This document shows positions 49,744 through 59,403 of a stretch of 64,000 nucleotides of DNA, in pieces. The stretch comes from Candidatus Babeliales bacterium. Lineage in GTDB: Bacteria > Babelota > Babeliae > Babelales > JANWKD01. The notes beneath the pieces are model-generated. The model did not search any database, was not told the origin of the DNA, and saw only the letters and a program-made list of their open reading frames with translations. The stretch covers positions 1,248,001 to 1,312,000 of the forward strand of contig CAVRJM010000001.1 in assembly GCA_963722075.1 (NCBI GenBank). Direction: 5' to 3'. The stretch's first letter is position 1. The number at the start of each line of letters is the position of its first letter. A program made the translations under genes and the position numbers.

Positions 49744-50607
49744 CTATACAAATTGTAAACATCTACTCCAACGAATTCGCTTCCAAAAATCGATTGGATG
49801 TAATAGTAAATCGAATATAAACCATGAATCATAACTATCAATTGAATAAATACGAAAAACTATTTTGCCATGAACTAAATGCTTATCAAAGGGACCAAAA
49901 TAACGAGAATCAGCACTGCCTTTACGATTATCTCCCATTGCCCATATTTGATTAGGGCCTAAATGAACATCAAATTCGTCAACATTACGGCCATTAACGA
50001 TTGTTGGTGTATAGGGTATTAAGAGTTGCTCTTCATGTAGTTTTGCCAAATATTTTTGTGCCAATTGTACATCAGCAGCATCCATTATATAAAAAGGTTG
50101 ATCTTCATAAGAATATGATGAATCATAGGTACGTGTATAAAATTTATCATCATGATAAATAGTAAGGAGTGGGTATTTATTCAAATGGGGCTCATCTAAT
50201 TTTTGTCCATTTCTATATACCACTGGTTTACCATCTTCAATAACGCCTTTGATATGATCGCCTGGTAATCCAATCACGCGCTTAGTCCAATTTTCTGGCC
50301 CATATACATAGCGTTGAAATAAATTAACAAAATAATTGTCTGAATAGGGAAAAACAGGGCTGTTTAGCGCAATAATATCCCCGTGTTGCAACTCTCTAAA
50401 AAGCACCGTGAATTTATCGGCAAAAAAACGTTCGCCAACCAACATGGTAGTTTCCATAGAGCCTGTGGGAACTTGATAGAGCCCATAAAAGAAGGTTCGA
50501 ATAATAAAGGCGAGCGGAACGATAACAATAATTGTTTCGATATATTGAGCAAGCGTTGATTTATTGGGACGCCGTATCCATGCCCAGAACCTATGCAAGA
50601 AATTCAT
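49744..50607 (-). CDS. lepB: Signal peptidase I
   Basis: VPTGSMETT, TKRVIGLPGD, MGDNRKGSADSR. Confidence 0.95.
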   Translation of the reverse strand: MNFLHRFWAWIRRPNKSTLAQYIETIIVIVPLAFIIRTFFYGLYQVPTGSMETTMLVGERFFADKFTVLFRELQHGDIIALNSPVFPYSDNYFVNLFQRYVYGPENWTKRVIGLPGDHIKGVIEDGKPVVYRNGQKLDEPHLNKYPLLTIYHDDKFYTRTYDSSYSYEDQPFYIMDAADVQLAQKYLAKLHEEQLLIPYTPTIVNGRNVDEFDVHLGPNQIWAMGDNRKGSADSRYFGPFDKHLVHGKIVFRIYSIDSYDSWFIFDLLLHPIDFWKRIRWSRCLQFV

Positions 50608-50747
50608 ACATTTTCCTATTATTTTAAAGGGTTATATTGGTATAGAATACATCAGTTGCTTGAGGGGGGCAAAAAAATTATGGTTCATGTGTGAGTATGT
50701 TATTATCTTATAGCTAGTAACAACTGATAAAATATCAAGGAGACTTT

Positions 50748-51509
50748 ATGCAGAACCTAATTACTATCTATGAGTTATCTCAACATCTCAATCAATATCT
50801 TACTATCAATGATTATACCGATATTTGCCCTAATGGATTGCAGGTAACTAATGAAGGTTATATCACCAGCATTGGAACAGCTGTTTCTCCTGATCTTGCA
50901 ACAATAGAAAAAGCAATTGAGCGCAAAGTTCAAGTTTTAATAACCCATCACGGAATTTTTAAAAATAACGAAACCACCATTCTTAATGGTTCAAAATTTC
51001 AAAAAATAAAAAAGCTTATAGAAAATAATATTGCATTACTGGTTTACCATTTACCATTAGATGCGCATCAAATCATTGGAAATAATTGGAAAGCGGCGCG
51101 CGATTTGGGTTGGGATAATTTACAACCATTTGGCGAATATAATGGCAACGTAATTGGAGTGCGAGGAACATTCCTCTCCATAGATGCGTATGAATTTACG
51201 AAAAAATTAGAAAAATATTATGGTAATAAAGCAGCTGTTGCTATAGCAAAACCTACAATCTCATCAGCAGCACTTATTTCCGGCGGTGGATATAAATATA
51301 TTGTTGAAGCAGCAAAGGCAGGAGTTGATTGTTTTATCACCGGCAGTTTTGATGAGCCATCGTGGTACACAGCTTTTGAAGAAAATATTAATTTTTATGG
51401 CTTAGGACATGCTGCTACTGAAAAAATTGGACCCAAAGCACTGGCTGAATATATCCAAAAACAATTTAGTATGTCTGCTACTTTTATTGATACGCAAAAT
51501 CCATTTTGA
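50748..51509 (+). CDS. Nif3-like dinuclear metal-centre protein
   Basis: NGLQV, ITHHG, YHLPLDAH..IGNN, GHAATE. Confidence 0.92.
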   Translation: MQNLITIYELSQHLNQYLTINDYTDICPNGLQVTNEGYITSIGTAVSPDLATIEKAIERKVQVLITHHGIFKNNETTILNGSKFQKIKKLIENNIALLVYHLPLDAHQIIGNNWKAARDLGWDNLQPFGEYNGNVIGVRGTFLSIDAYEFTKKLEKYYGNKAAVAIAKPTISSAALISGGGYKYIVEAAKAGVDCFITGSFDEPSWYTAFEENINFYGLGHAATEKIGPKALAEYIQKQFSMSATFIDTQNPF

Positions 51510-51517
51510 GCTAAAAG

Positions 51518-51571
51518 ATGTCTTCAGAAATGCATCCAGATGAAATTCATATTAATACGGATTTAAAATAA
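51518..51571 (+). pseudogene. Possible N-terminal stub of an aminoglycoside-phosphotransferase-family gene
   Basis: MSSEMHPDEIHINTDLK* resembles the MH-x-D-E-x-x-I start of that family. Confidence 0.3.
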
Positions 51572-51643
51572 TTTTGTAAGCTTCCTATTTGACTAATATA
51601 TATTATAGATAAATAAATAACCATCATAAATAGGGGAAAATAC

Positions 51644-52261
51644 ATGTTGTCTTCTTTAATGATTACTGCTGCATATATCGGATTACAAATTTTAAGCATC
51701 CCACAAACGGTATTACTACCAGGATGGTTGAATATTTATAAAGAATATCCCATTTTAAATCAGGGAACTATCGAAGGAGTTAATGCAAGCTTTGCGAAGG
51801 TTTCAAAAGAACCTCATTGTGTATTTTTAATTGCAAAAACTGATGAATATCCGGTTGCGGGCATTGCCACCGGTATTCCATTAGCAGCATACGATGATAA
51901 CGCAGAATATTTTAAAGAAAAAGGCTTAGATCCTTCCGATTATTTTCATATCAATGATGCAATTATTTTGCCACCGTATCAAAATAAAGGAATTGGTTCT
52001 AAATTGTATAAAAAATTAGAGAAGAAAGCACGTTTATGGGGGTATAAAGGAATTTCTGTTTGCACGGTTAAGCGTGAAAAAGATCATCCTTTAAGACCGT
52101 TGCAATACAAGAGTTCTAAGAAATTTTGGAAGCGCTTGGGTTTTACAAAAGTATCTTTAATAACTAAAGAAGCATGGCCTACTATAATTGATGATCGAGG
52201 CGCCGTAGAAGAACAGTATGAAAATACGTTGGTATGGTGGACTAAGGAATTAAAGGCATGA
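51644..52261 (+). CDS. GNAT acetyltransferase
   Basis: ILPPYQNKGIG, HPLRP, FWKRLGF. Confidence 0.85.
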   Translation: MLSSLMITAAYIGLQILSIPQTVLLPGWLNIYKEYPILNQGTIEGVNASFAKVSKEPHCVFLIAKTDEYPVAGIATGIPLAAYDDNAEYFKEKGLDPSDYFHINDAIILPPYQNKGIGSKLYKKLEKKARLWGYKGISVCTVKREKDHPLRPLQYKSSKKFWKRLGFTKVSLITKEAWPTIIDDRGAVEEQYENTLVWWTKELKA

Positions 52262-52473
52262 AAAATTAATTCATTTCTTGATTTTCTACTATTTTCACGT
52301 TAATATTATTTATTGTGCTAACTCTAAAATTATAGGATATCCTTACAGTTCGCACCGATGAACATGTATCTTAAAAAATGATACAAAGGATATTTCTGTA
52401 CCTAATGATAACGATCCTATCTTTCTATCATTCTTAAGAGCTATTATATTTATTGATTTTTTTTAGGAGATCT

Positions 52474-53868
52474 ATGATTTCGTTGTTACAAACTATTTGT
52501 AAGCCAATTTTTGGCACCTTTGAACGTGAAGAATTTAAGAAATTCTTACGCATGGGTGCAATTTTTACCTGCATTATTGGTACCTATTGGACCTTACGTA
52601 TTCTTAAAAACGCGCTCTTTTGCAGCCTCGTAGGAGCAGGATATTTGCCGTGGGCAAAAACGGTGTCTATAGTGTGCCTTATTCCCTTGGTGATGCTCTA
52701 CACTAAATTATTTGATATGTTTTCCCGCGAAAAAATGTTTTATATTCTTTCGGGAGTATACGGCATATTAACGGTTGTTTTTTCATTATTATTGATAAGC
52801 CCTATAGGCATATCAACTGCTGAAAATATATGTGCGCGTGAGGGTTCTGCTTTTTGGGCTACCCAAATTATTGGCTTTTTGTGGTATGTATTTGTTGAAA
52901 GTTATGGTTCATTGGTGATTGCTCTTTTCTGGGCGATAGCTTCTGATATTACCTTACCTGATTCAGCAAAAAAGGGGTTTTCATTGGTTGTTGCTATTGG
53001 GCAACTTGGTGGTATTGTAGGCCCCTATTTTATTACCCGTTTACCGCGCTTTTTAGGGTTTTCTACCAGCGCACTTTCGGTATTTACCTGCACCTTTTTT
53101 ATTATTGGATCGATTCTATTACTGCGAAACTTTTTTAAAGTAACGCCATCAAATTTGCTGCAATCATTCCATGGCAAAAATGAAGCGCAAGAAGAAAAAG
53201 AACAAGAGCCAGGATTTATGGAAGGGCTGGTGCTTTTATTAAAACATGGGTATTTGATTGGTATCTTTGGCGTTCTTTGTTTTTTTGAAATTATTGTTAC
53301 CATTTTTGATTTCCATTTTCATACGCTGGCCGCATCGCATTATTCTGGTACGGCATTAGCAGAATATTTGGGAATTTATGGTTCCTCAGTAAATGCCATT
53401 ACCTTCTTATTCTTACTCCTTGGTATTAGTAATATCACGCGCATTTTGGGCGTTGGTGTTTCATTGGCATTGGTTCCGTTAATTTTTGGTTTTGCGGTAT
53501 TTGGTTTTACCATGTTCAATAGTTTAACCTTCTTATTTGCATTAATGGTCAGTTCAAAAGGTATCAATTATGCACTTAACGGACCTGCATTAAAGCAACT
53601 CTATATTCCTACCACGCATGATGTTCGCTTTAAATCACAAGCATGGATTGAGACCTTTGGTTCACGCGCATCAAAAGAAGCTGGATCATTATTTAATATG
53701 TTGATGATACCATTACAAAAAAGTTTAGGAGAAGTTGCTGGGCGTGCACGCCATGTGGTGCTTAGTTCTTATTTAGGATTTGGTTTAGTTATTGCATGGT
53801 TTTTAATTGCGCTATATTTAGGAAGAACGTATAAACGTGCAATTGATGCTAAGAAAGTAGTGTGTTAA
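52474..53868 (+). CDS. NTT/Tlc-family nucleotide (ADP/ATP) translocase
   Basis: Multi-pass; YWTLRILKN, YVFVESYGS..FW, KGINYALN..K.LYIP, KSQAWIETFGSR; AGGAG RBS before ATG 52474. Confidence 0.85.
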   Translation: MISLLQTICKPIFGTFEREEFKKFLRMGAIFTCIIGTYWTLRILKNALFCSLVGAGYLPWAKTVSIVCLIPLVMLYTKLFDMFSREKMFYILSGVYGILTVVFSLLLISPIGISTAENICAREGSAFWATQIIGFLWYVFVESYGSLVIALFWAIASDITLPDSAKKGFSLVVAIGQLGGIVGPYFITRLPRFLGFSTSALSVFTCTFFIIGSILLLRNFFKVTPSNLLQSFHGKNEAQEEKEQEPGFMEGLVLLLKHGYLIGIFGVLCFFEIIVTIFDFHFHTLAASHYSGTALAEYLGIYGSSVNAITFLFLLLGISNITRILGVGVSLALVPLIFGFAVFGFTMFNSLTFLFALMVSSKGINYALNGPALKQLYIPTTHDVRFKSQAWIETFGSRASKEAGSLFNMLMIPLQKSLGEVAGRARHVVLSSYLGFGLVIAWFLIALYLGRTYKRAIDAKKVVC

Positions 53869-53895
53869 AAAAGGGAGCTTTATGCTCCCTTTTTT
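53867..53895. terminator. Bidirectional Rho-independent terminator
   Basis: AAAAAAGGGAGC-TTTAT-GCTCCCTTTTTT. Confidence 0.85.
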
Positions 53896-54306
53896 ATTCT
53901 TTGTTTGTGATGCTATTAAGCGTTTTCTTCTTCAAAAATAGATCCGCAGGCAAAGCATAAGAAGCCATCTTTAATATGTGAAGTTGCATCTTGGGCCCAT
54001 GTTAATAACTCATCGGCAGATTCTTGATCAAGTCTATTTGCTTTCATCAGATGGAGGTAACGTGAACATTTTTTTAAATTCTGACTACGTGAATCTTTTT
54101 TTAACCATTTCTCAATTTTTGCTTTTTGTTCTTCTGGTGATAATTGTGAAAATTTCTCTATGAATTGTTGTTTTTTTTGGGAGAGCTTACCGAAAAACCC
54201 AATTTTAAAAAATAACCGTCCATCGCGATTGAATAGATTGTAAATACTTTCTCATCACCTTCTCAATGCTTTTATAAATTATATGGTTTTAGAATATCAC
54301 GCCTTT

Positions 54307-54335
54307 TGTCATTCCGAACGAAGTGTGGGAATCCA
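54307..54335 (+). repeat. REP-like hairpin
   Basis: TGTC-ATTCC-GAACGAAGTGTG-GGAAT-CCA. Confidence 0.75.
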
Positions 54336-54354
54336 TTTATTTATTGATACCTCC

Positions 54355-54858
54355 TTATTGATTCTTATAATACAAACTAAGAATTGCTTTTAAATTAGTG
54401 GTGGCAGTATCGCCTTGTTTTAATCGTTCTTGAATCTCTTTTGCCGTTAGCCAATAAGCAGCGCTAAAATCATTTTTTTCAAATGAAATATCGGTATGGG
54501 GAACTTTAATTTCATAGACCGCAACATAGCCATTTACTGTATGTTCAAAAGGAGAAATAAAACCCAAAAATGTATATGAAACGGTGCTGATATCAAGCAT
54601 CACTTCTTCTAAGACCTCGCGCTTTAATGCTTCTTGATAGGTTTCGCCTGAAATAACGCATCCGCCTACGCAGGCCAAATTATTGGGATAATCAATCTTG
54701 GTAGGCGCGCGGCGTGGAATAAAAAATTTATTTTCATGCCTAATGAGTGCACATACTAAACGGAAATTTTTCTTTTTTTGTGCGAATGCATCAGTGCGTT
54801 TCATGGTTGCTATAATAGTGCCAGAGGCATCTACTAAATCTATTAATTCATCAGTCAT
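54355..54858 (-). CDS. NUDIX hydrolase (IDI-like subgroup)
   Basis: GGCVISGETYQEALKREVLEEV. Confidence 0.85.
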   Translation of the reverse strand: MTDELIDLVDASGTIIATMKRTDAFAQKKKNFRLVCALIRHENKFFIPRRAPTKIDYPNNLACVGGCVISGETYQEALKREVLEEVMLDISTVSYTFLGFISPFEHTVNGYVAVYEIKVPHTDISFEKNDFSAAYWLTAKEIQERLKQGDTATTNLKAILSLYYKNQ

Positions 54859-54940
54859 GATAATTCCAAATTTATAGCTTTATATAATAATTATTTTATT
54901 ATTATACCACAGTGATCGTTAAAACTAAAAAGGTGACATT

Positions 54941-55561
54941 ATGCTATTCAGATCAAAAATTGCTTGTGCAGCTCTATTACTAAATTTATTTTTGTGCCCG
55001 TTAGCACAATCGAATGAAAGTCCTTTTAACCAAATAATAGAATTATTAGAATCCGGTGGTAACCATGATTATATTGGCGAACCGGTTTGCCAATTAGAAC
55101 ATGCCTTACAATGTGCTCAATTGGCAGTTGATGCTGGTGCTGATGATCAAACGGTACTAGCGGCATTACTTCATGATATTGGCCATTTATGCGCATCTGG
55201 TGATAACGCAACGATGGGTGAATATGGCATCGATCAACATGAAAAAGTGGGCGCTCAATTTGTTCGTGATCATGGTTTGCCCGAAAAAGTTGCGCAACTT
55301 ATTGAAGGTCATGTACAAGCAAAGCGGTATTTAACCGCTAAATATCCGGAATATTATCAAAAGCTTTCTGATGCTAGTAAACAAACGCTTGAATATCAAG
55401 GCGGCCCGATGTCGCCAGAAGAGGCTTTAGAATTTGAAAAAGACCCGTTATTTGAACAAAAGCTGCAAATGCGTTATTGGGATGAGCAAGCAAAGAAAGT
55501 GGGTTGGCAGGTAAAGCCGTTAGAAGATTATAAAACTTTGCTTGTTAATTATTTGCGTTAA
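54941..55561 (+). CDS. HD-domain protein, PhnZ-like, with signal peptide
   Basis: YIGEPVCQLEHALQCA, LLHDIGH, HVQAKRYL, LSDAS..TL..QGGPM, R.WDE.AK. Confidence 0.85.
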   Translation: MLFRSKIACAALLLNLFLCPLAQSNESPFNQIIELLESGGNHDYIGEPVCQLEHALQCAQLAVDAGADDQTVLAALLHDIGHLCASGDNATMGEYGIDQHEKVGAQFVRDHGLPEKVAQLIEGHVQAKRYLTAKYPEYYQKLSDASKQTLEYQGGPMSPEEALEFEKDPLFEQKLQMRYWDEQAKKVGWQVKPLEDYKTLLVNYLR

Positions 55562-57596
55562 AAAGATGTTTATGAGGGTAATTTTCTTTAATTTTATCCT
55601 GTAAAAACTTTTTAACTGCATCTGGTAATTTCTGAAGTGACGGTATAAATAGTTTAAATTCATCTGAGAATAAATAATCACTATTATCTTCTTCTATATG
55701 CTGTAAAGCATAATCAAATAGTAACATGGTTAAGAGGGATTGATCTTCTAGTTGCTTTTTATCATAAAAGCTATATTCAATTATTTGATTTTCAAAAGAA
55801 ACAAATAGTCGTCGATTATCATACGAAAATGCACAAGCGTTAGGTAGATCATAGGTATTATAAGGGATGGTTGTTATACATTCGCCGGTTTGGATTTCTA
55901 TTATTTGAATTTCTTCTCGTGCTGTTGGTGCATGCTTGTTTTTCAAAGTTGCCATAAGGGCACCATTAGGTGAAAAAACTAATTTATCTAAAGGTGATTT
56001 TTGTGGCAATTCTTTAAGAGATTTTTCAGCTTGTATATCCAATAAGCAAATGGCGTCTTCATCATTATATGCTAATACATTTGATGTTGGTGAAAAAGCA
56101 AAATCATATATTTTTTTATGAGTAGTATATGTTGTCACTATTGAATGTTTGGAATAATCATAAATATGAATTTTGCTATTCTCTTTTGAATCTTCATTAA
56201 TAGCAATAAGAGGGCCGTTGCGTGAAAATGCATGTTTAGTTGATAGTTGGTTATTAACGGTGATGGTTTGGTTAGTATTAAAATCATGCAAATAAGTAGC
56301 ATGCGGGTTTTGAGTAGAATATACTAGCTTATTATTTGGAATGAAGGTTATTGCTGCACAACAGCTATCTGAGTTAATAGTTTTAATACATTTACCAGTG
56401 TTTACATCCCATATTTTAATTAGATTATTATCGGTCCCTTTTTTTTGTTGGCTTGCTAAAAAAGCACCATCTGGTGAAAAGCTAAAGCATACATCTACAA
56501 GATTAATAGGTAGCTTACGTATTGGTTTCTTGGTTATGCAATCAATGAATGCAGTATCTTTAATTGTTTTTCTTATAAAAGCTGTTTGAGTGGGTGATAT
56601 AATAAATGCACCGTAATGACTGCTGGGTAGTTGTCTTAAAATGAACGATGAGGTTACTTTTTGTGCTATCTGCTTTGAAATGGTATTAATTCTTGTTGAA
56701 TGATTAATGATCTGCTGTACTAATAGCTGTTCTTGCTGCGGGGTAAGTTTAAACGCATTAAACCAAGAAATAAAGCCGGTAATAGTTTTGCTATATTTTT
56801 TTTGGGCTAATTCATACAGTTTTTCTAAGCAACTACTAGTTATTAATGAGAAATTAGTTTGCTGAACATAATCCAATAAGTGTGCAAGAGATGTTTGCGT
56901 ATAAGTAGTCCTAATACGGTTAATAATATGTGGTATACATAAATTTACTAAAGAAGGTATTTCAGCAGCTGGTAAAAAATAAGAAGTTTGCGGTGCTCGT
57001 ATTTTTTGCTCGGTTGAAGCATATTCAAAAAATAAACTGTCTGATTTTTTTAGCAAGGGATATCCTATTTGAGCAGATTGCCCAATAAGGTTGTTAATGG
57101 CATTGCGCAGTGCGTTGACAGTTTTTGTCCACTTATCGCACCCATTATTATACAAAGTAATAATTTGTGATAACCCATGCAGTTGCTTATGATGAATAAG
57201 AAAATCAATCAAAGGTAAAAGTTGTTCCAGAGCATTGTTAAAAAGCAGTTGATCTTCTTCTTGTTGAAGATGAATAATAGGCTCTATTAGTGTGCTGCAT
57301 AAATAATCAATCAGCTCATGATGAGTAGTATGCTGAATTAATTGAATCATAGCATTAAGTTGTTGATTAAGTGGTAGATTAGGGGTAAAGATCGAATTCA
57401 AAATATCTTGAAAGCAGTTATTATCCTGGTGATTAAAGGCATGTTCAAGTTGCTGTGCAATGTGGGTAATTGAAGAACTTTCTTGAATTGATATGTTGGT
57501 ATTGCTTGTATACGCTGTCTCCATAGAATATGTAAAGAAACCAGCAGTACTTAATGCAAATAGAAAATAAAGTAATTGCTTACCAATGAAATCCAC
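55545..57596 (-). CDS. Secreted WD40-repeat protein
   Basis: Signal TYS|MET; FSPDGAFLAS...IKIWD, FSPNGALMA, FSYDNRRL. Confidence 0.85.
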   Translation of the reverse strand: MDFIGKQLLYFLFALSTAGFFTYSMETAYTSNTNISIQESSSITHIAQQLEHAFNHQDNNCFQDILNSIFTPNLPLNQQLNAMIQLIQHTTHHELIDYLCSTLIEPIIHLQQEEDQLLFNNALEQLLPLIDFLIHHKQLHGLSQIITLYNNGCDKWTKTVNALRNAINNLIGQSAQIGYPLLKKSDSLFFEYASTEQKIRAPQTSYFLPAAEIPSLVNLCIPHIINRIRTTYTQTSLAHLLDYVQQTNFSLITSSCLEKLYELAQKKYSKTITGFISWFNAFKLTPQQEQLLVQQIINHSTRINTISKQIAQKVTSSFILRQLPSSHYGAFIISPTQTAFIRKTIKDTAFIDCITKKPIRKLPINLVDVCFSFSPDGAFLASQQKKGTDNNLIKIWDVNTGKCIKTINSDSCCAAITFIPNNKLVYSTQNPHATYLHDFNTNQTITVNNQLSTKHAFSRNGPLIAINEDSKENSKIHIYDYSKHSIVTTYTTHKKIYDFAFSPTSNVLAYNDEDAICLLDIQAEKSLKELPQKSPLDKLVFSPNGALMATLKNKHAPTAREEIQIIEIQTGECITTIPYNTYDLPNACAFSYDNRRLFVSFENQIIEYSFYDKKQLEDQSLLTMLLFDYALQHIEEDNSDYLFSDEFKLFIPSLQKLPDAVKKFLQDKIKENYPHKHLFNANN

Positions 57597-57870
57597 TAAA
57601 CCCTCCCATTTTAAATCAAGGTTATATAATCTAATTATAAAGAATAAAAAGAATTGTTCAAGAGTTGTTTTTTACAAATATAAATATTTTATTGTTGTTG
57701 CCTCCGATTATTTCTGAATTAACCGCAATATTTAATATTGGAATTTACGGTCTTTTAAAAACGGTAGAATCTTTTTATGATTGAAAAGTAGAAGCATATA
57801 ATCTAGAAATATATGATAGAAAAGAAAGAAGATGATAGAATAGAGCAAAGTAAAGCAGTAGGAGAGTAGT

Positions 57871-58230
57871 ATGATTAGGGCATATACGTTCCTTTTCTTT
57901 TTTTTAATTATGGCTCATTTATATGGCCAAAATGATCCGGATTTGGTTCGTTTTAAAAATCTTATTGAAAAAACCGTATCGGGCGATTTTAAAAAAATAC
58001 ATGGTGAAGAACTTTTTGATATGTTTAGCTCTATTATTTCAAAGCCATCTAATACTTGTTATAAAAAATTAGCTTTTTTTGAATTGTTAAAAAGAAAATC
58101 AACGCATCCAACTATTAAAGAGGTTCTTAGCAAGAGCAAAGAAAAGCATCCGCGCATTTATAAGCAACTTGAGCAGATTTATAAACTGAATCGAACGGCT
58201 CCGGTGGTTATTATGAATGAATGCTCTTAA
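57871..58230 (+). CDS. Hypothetical secreted protein
   Basis: AGGAG RBS, signal peptide. Confidence 0.55.
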   Translation: MIRAYTFLFFFLIMAHLYGQNDPDLVRFKNLIEKTVSGDFKKIHGEELFDMFSSIISKPSNTCYKKLAFFELLKRKSTHPTIKEVLSKSKEKHPRIYKQLEQIYKLNRTAPVVIMNECS

Positions 58231-58668
58231 TTACTTTTTAGAAAAATAATCATTGAGATGTTTCAAGAGTAAAGAAGGGTAGAGGGTATGCAACTGCGGA
58301 TCAAATTGGTTGATCTCCCACCAGCGATAATGAATCATTTCTCTGCGTTCATCTTCAGTATTATTATCAAAACTAATTGAAGCATTATCTATTTGCGCCA
58401 AGAAAATATATTCTTTAAATAAAATAGGCTGATCACGAACTGTGCGTACTTCTTGGGTGTACCAGCGATGAGTAGATTCTATTAGTGCGTTTTCTATTCC
58501 CGTTTCTTCAAAAAGTTCGCGCTGTGCTGCTTGAAAAAGTGTTTCGCCTTCTTCAACACCACCGCCGGGAGTGAGCCAAAATATTTCTTTGCCGTTATTA
58601 AATTGTAACAATAAAAATTTATTTTCAGTATTTAAAAGTACAACGCGTGCAGTGATTCGTTCTTTCAT
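58231..58668 (-). CDS. NUDIX hydrolase
   Basis: PGGGVEEGETLFQAAQRELFEETG. Confidence 0.92.
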   Translation of the reverse strand: MKERITARVVLLNTENKFLLLQFNNGKEIFWLTPGGGVEEGETLFQAAQRELFEETGIENALIESTHRWYTQEVRTVRDQPILFKEYIFLAQIDNASISFDNNTEDERREMIHYRWWEINQFDPQLHTLYPSLLLKHLNDYFSKK

Positions 58669-59345
58669 AGGTAGGCCTTATAATTTAAAAATTCTTTAAT
58701 TTTTTGTGCAATTTCAGCTGCAGATTCTTTATCGGTATTAACGGTTAAATCATAGGGCATATCCCAAAATACGGTAGCATAGTGGCTTCGCGCATGGCCT
58801 TTTGGAGAAGTGCCGCGTGCTGTTTCACGTTCTTCTAAGACCGTGATAGGTGCCTGCACCTTAACCCATACGGTAGGTATATTTTGTAGCTTATTTTGTA
58901 AATCTTGTAACCATTCTTTTTTATAAGCGATGTAATCAACGATACAGTTGCAGCCATTTTGTGCATAGGCGGCGATTGTGCTATTCATAGCGTAGGCAAC
59001 TTTTTCGCCTTGTTCTCCTACATATAAGGTAATAATTGAATTATTATCATTGTCTTGTGTAGTTTCAACCCAACGAATAGGATTTGATGATTGCCAATAC
59101 GATAAATTTTGAGGGGTAATTTCTGGCATCGGGTTATCAAAGAGATTATCAATTCCCGGTTTAAGCCATAAATTAGGCATCATTAATGCTTGAAATTCTT
59201 TTTGAATAGAACTTTTTCCTGCCGCAGAAGGGCCATTAAGAATAATAACGGTTCCATATGAAGGTTTTTGGTTGTTATTATATATCATATATATTCCACC
59301 AATGGTAATTAGTGTGCTTACTAAAATAATAAATTTATTGATCAT
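58665..59345 (-). CDS. Chloramphenicol-phosphotransferase-like P-loop kinase
   Basis: ILNGPSAAGKSS, LEERETARG, YDLTVNT. Confidence 0.8.
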   Translation of the reverse strand: MINKFIILVSTLITIGGIYMIYNNNQKPSYGTVIILNGPSAAGKSSIQKEFQALMMPNLWLKPGIDNLFDNPMPEITPQNLSYWQSSNPIRWVETTQDNDNNSIITLYVGEQGEKVAYAMNSTIAAYAQNGCNCIVDYIAYKKEWLQDLQNKLQNIPTVWVKVQAPITVLEERETARGTSPKGHARSHYATVFWDMPYDLTVNTDKESAAEIAQKIKEFLNYKAYL

Positions 59346-59365
59346 ATAAACTCTTTCATAACTTT

Positions 59366-59394
59366 ATGAGGAGATCAATTTTTGATCTCCTCAT
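59366..59394. terminator. Intergenic hairpin
   Basis: ATGAGGAGATCAA-TTT-TTGATCTCCTCAT. Confidence 0.5.
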
Positions 59395-59403
59395 TATTAT
59401 CGG

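Noticed and set aside
53900..54260. Minus-strand fragment ...DELLTWAQDATSHIKDGFLCFACGSIF as a zinc-finger pseudogene
   Set aside because: Too many stops and only one CxxC; no family can be assigned.
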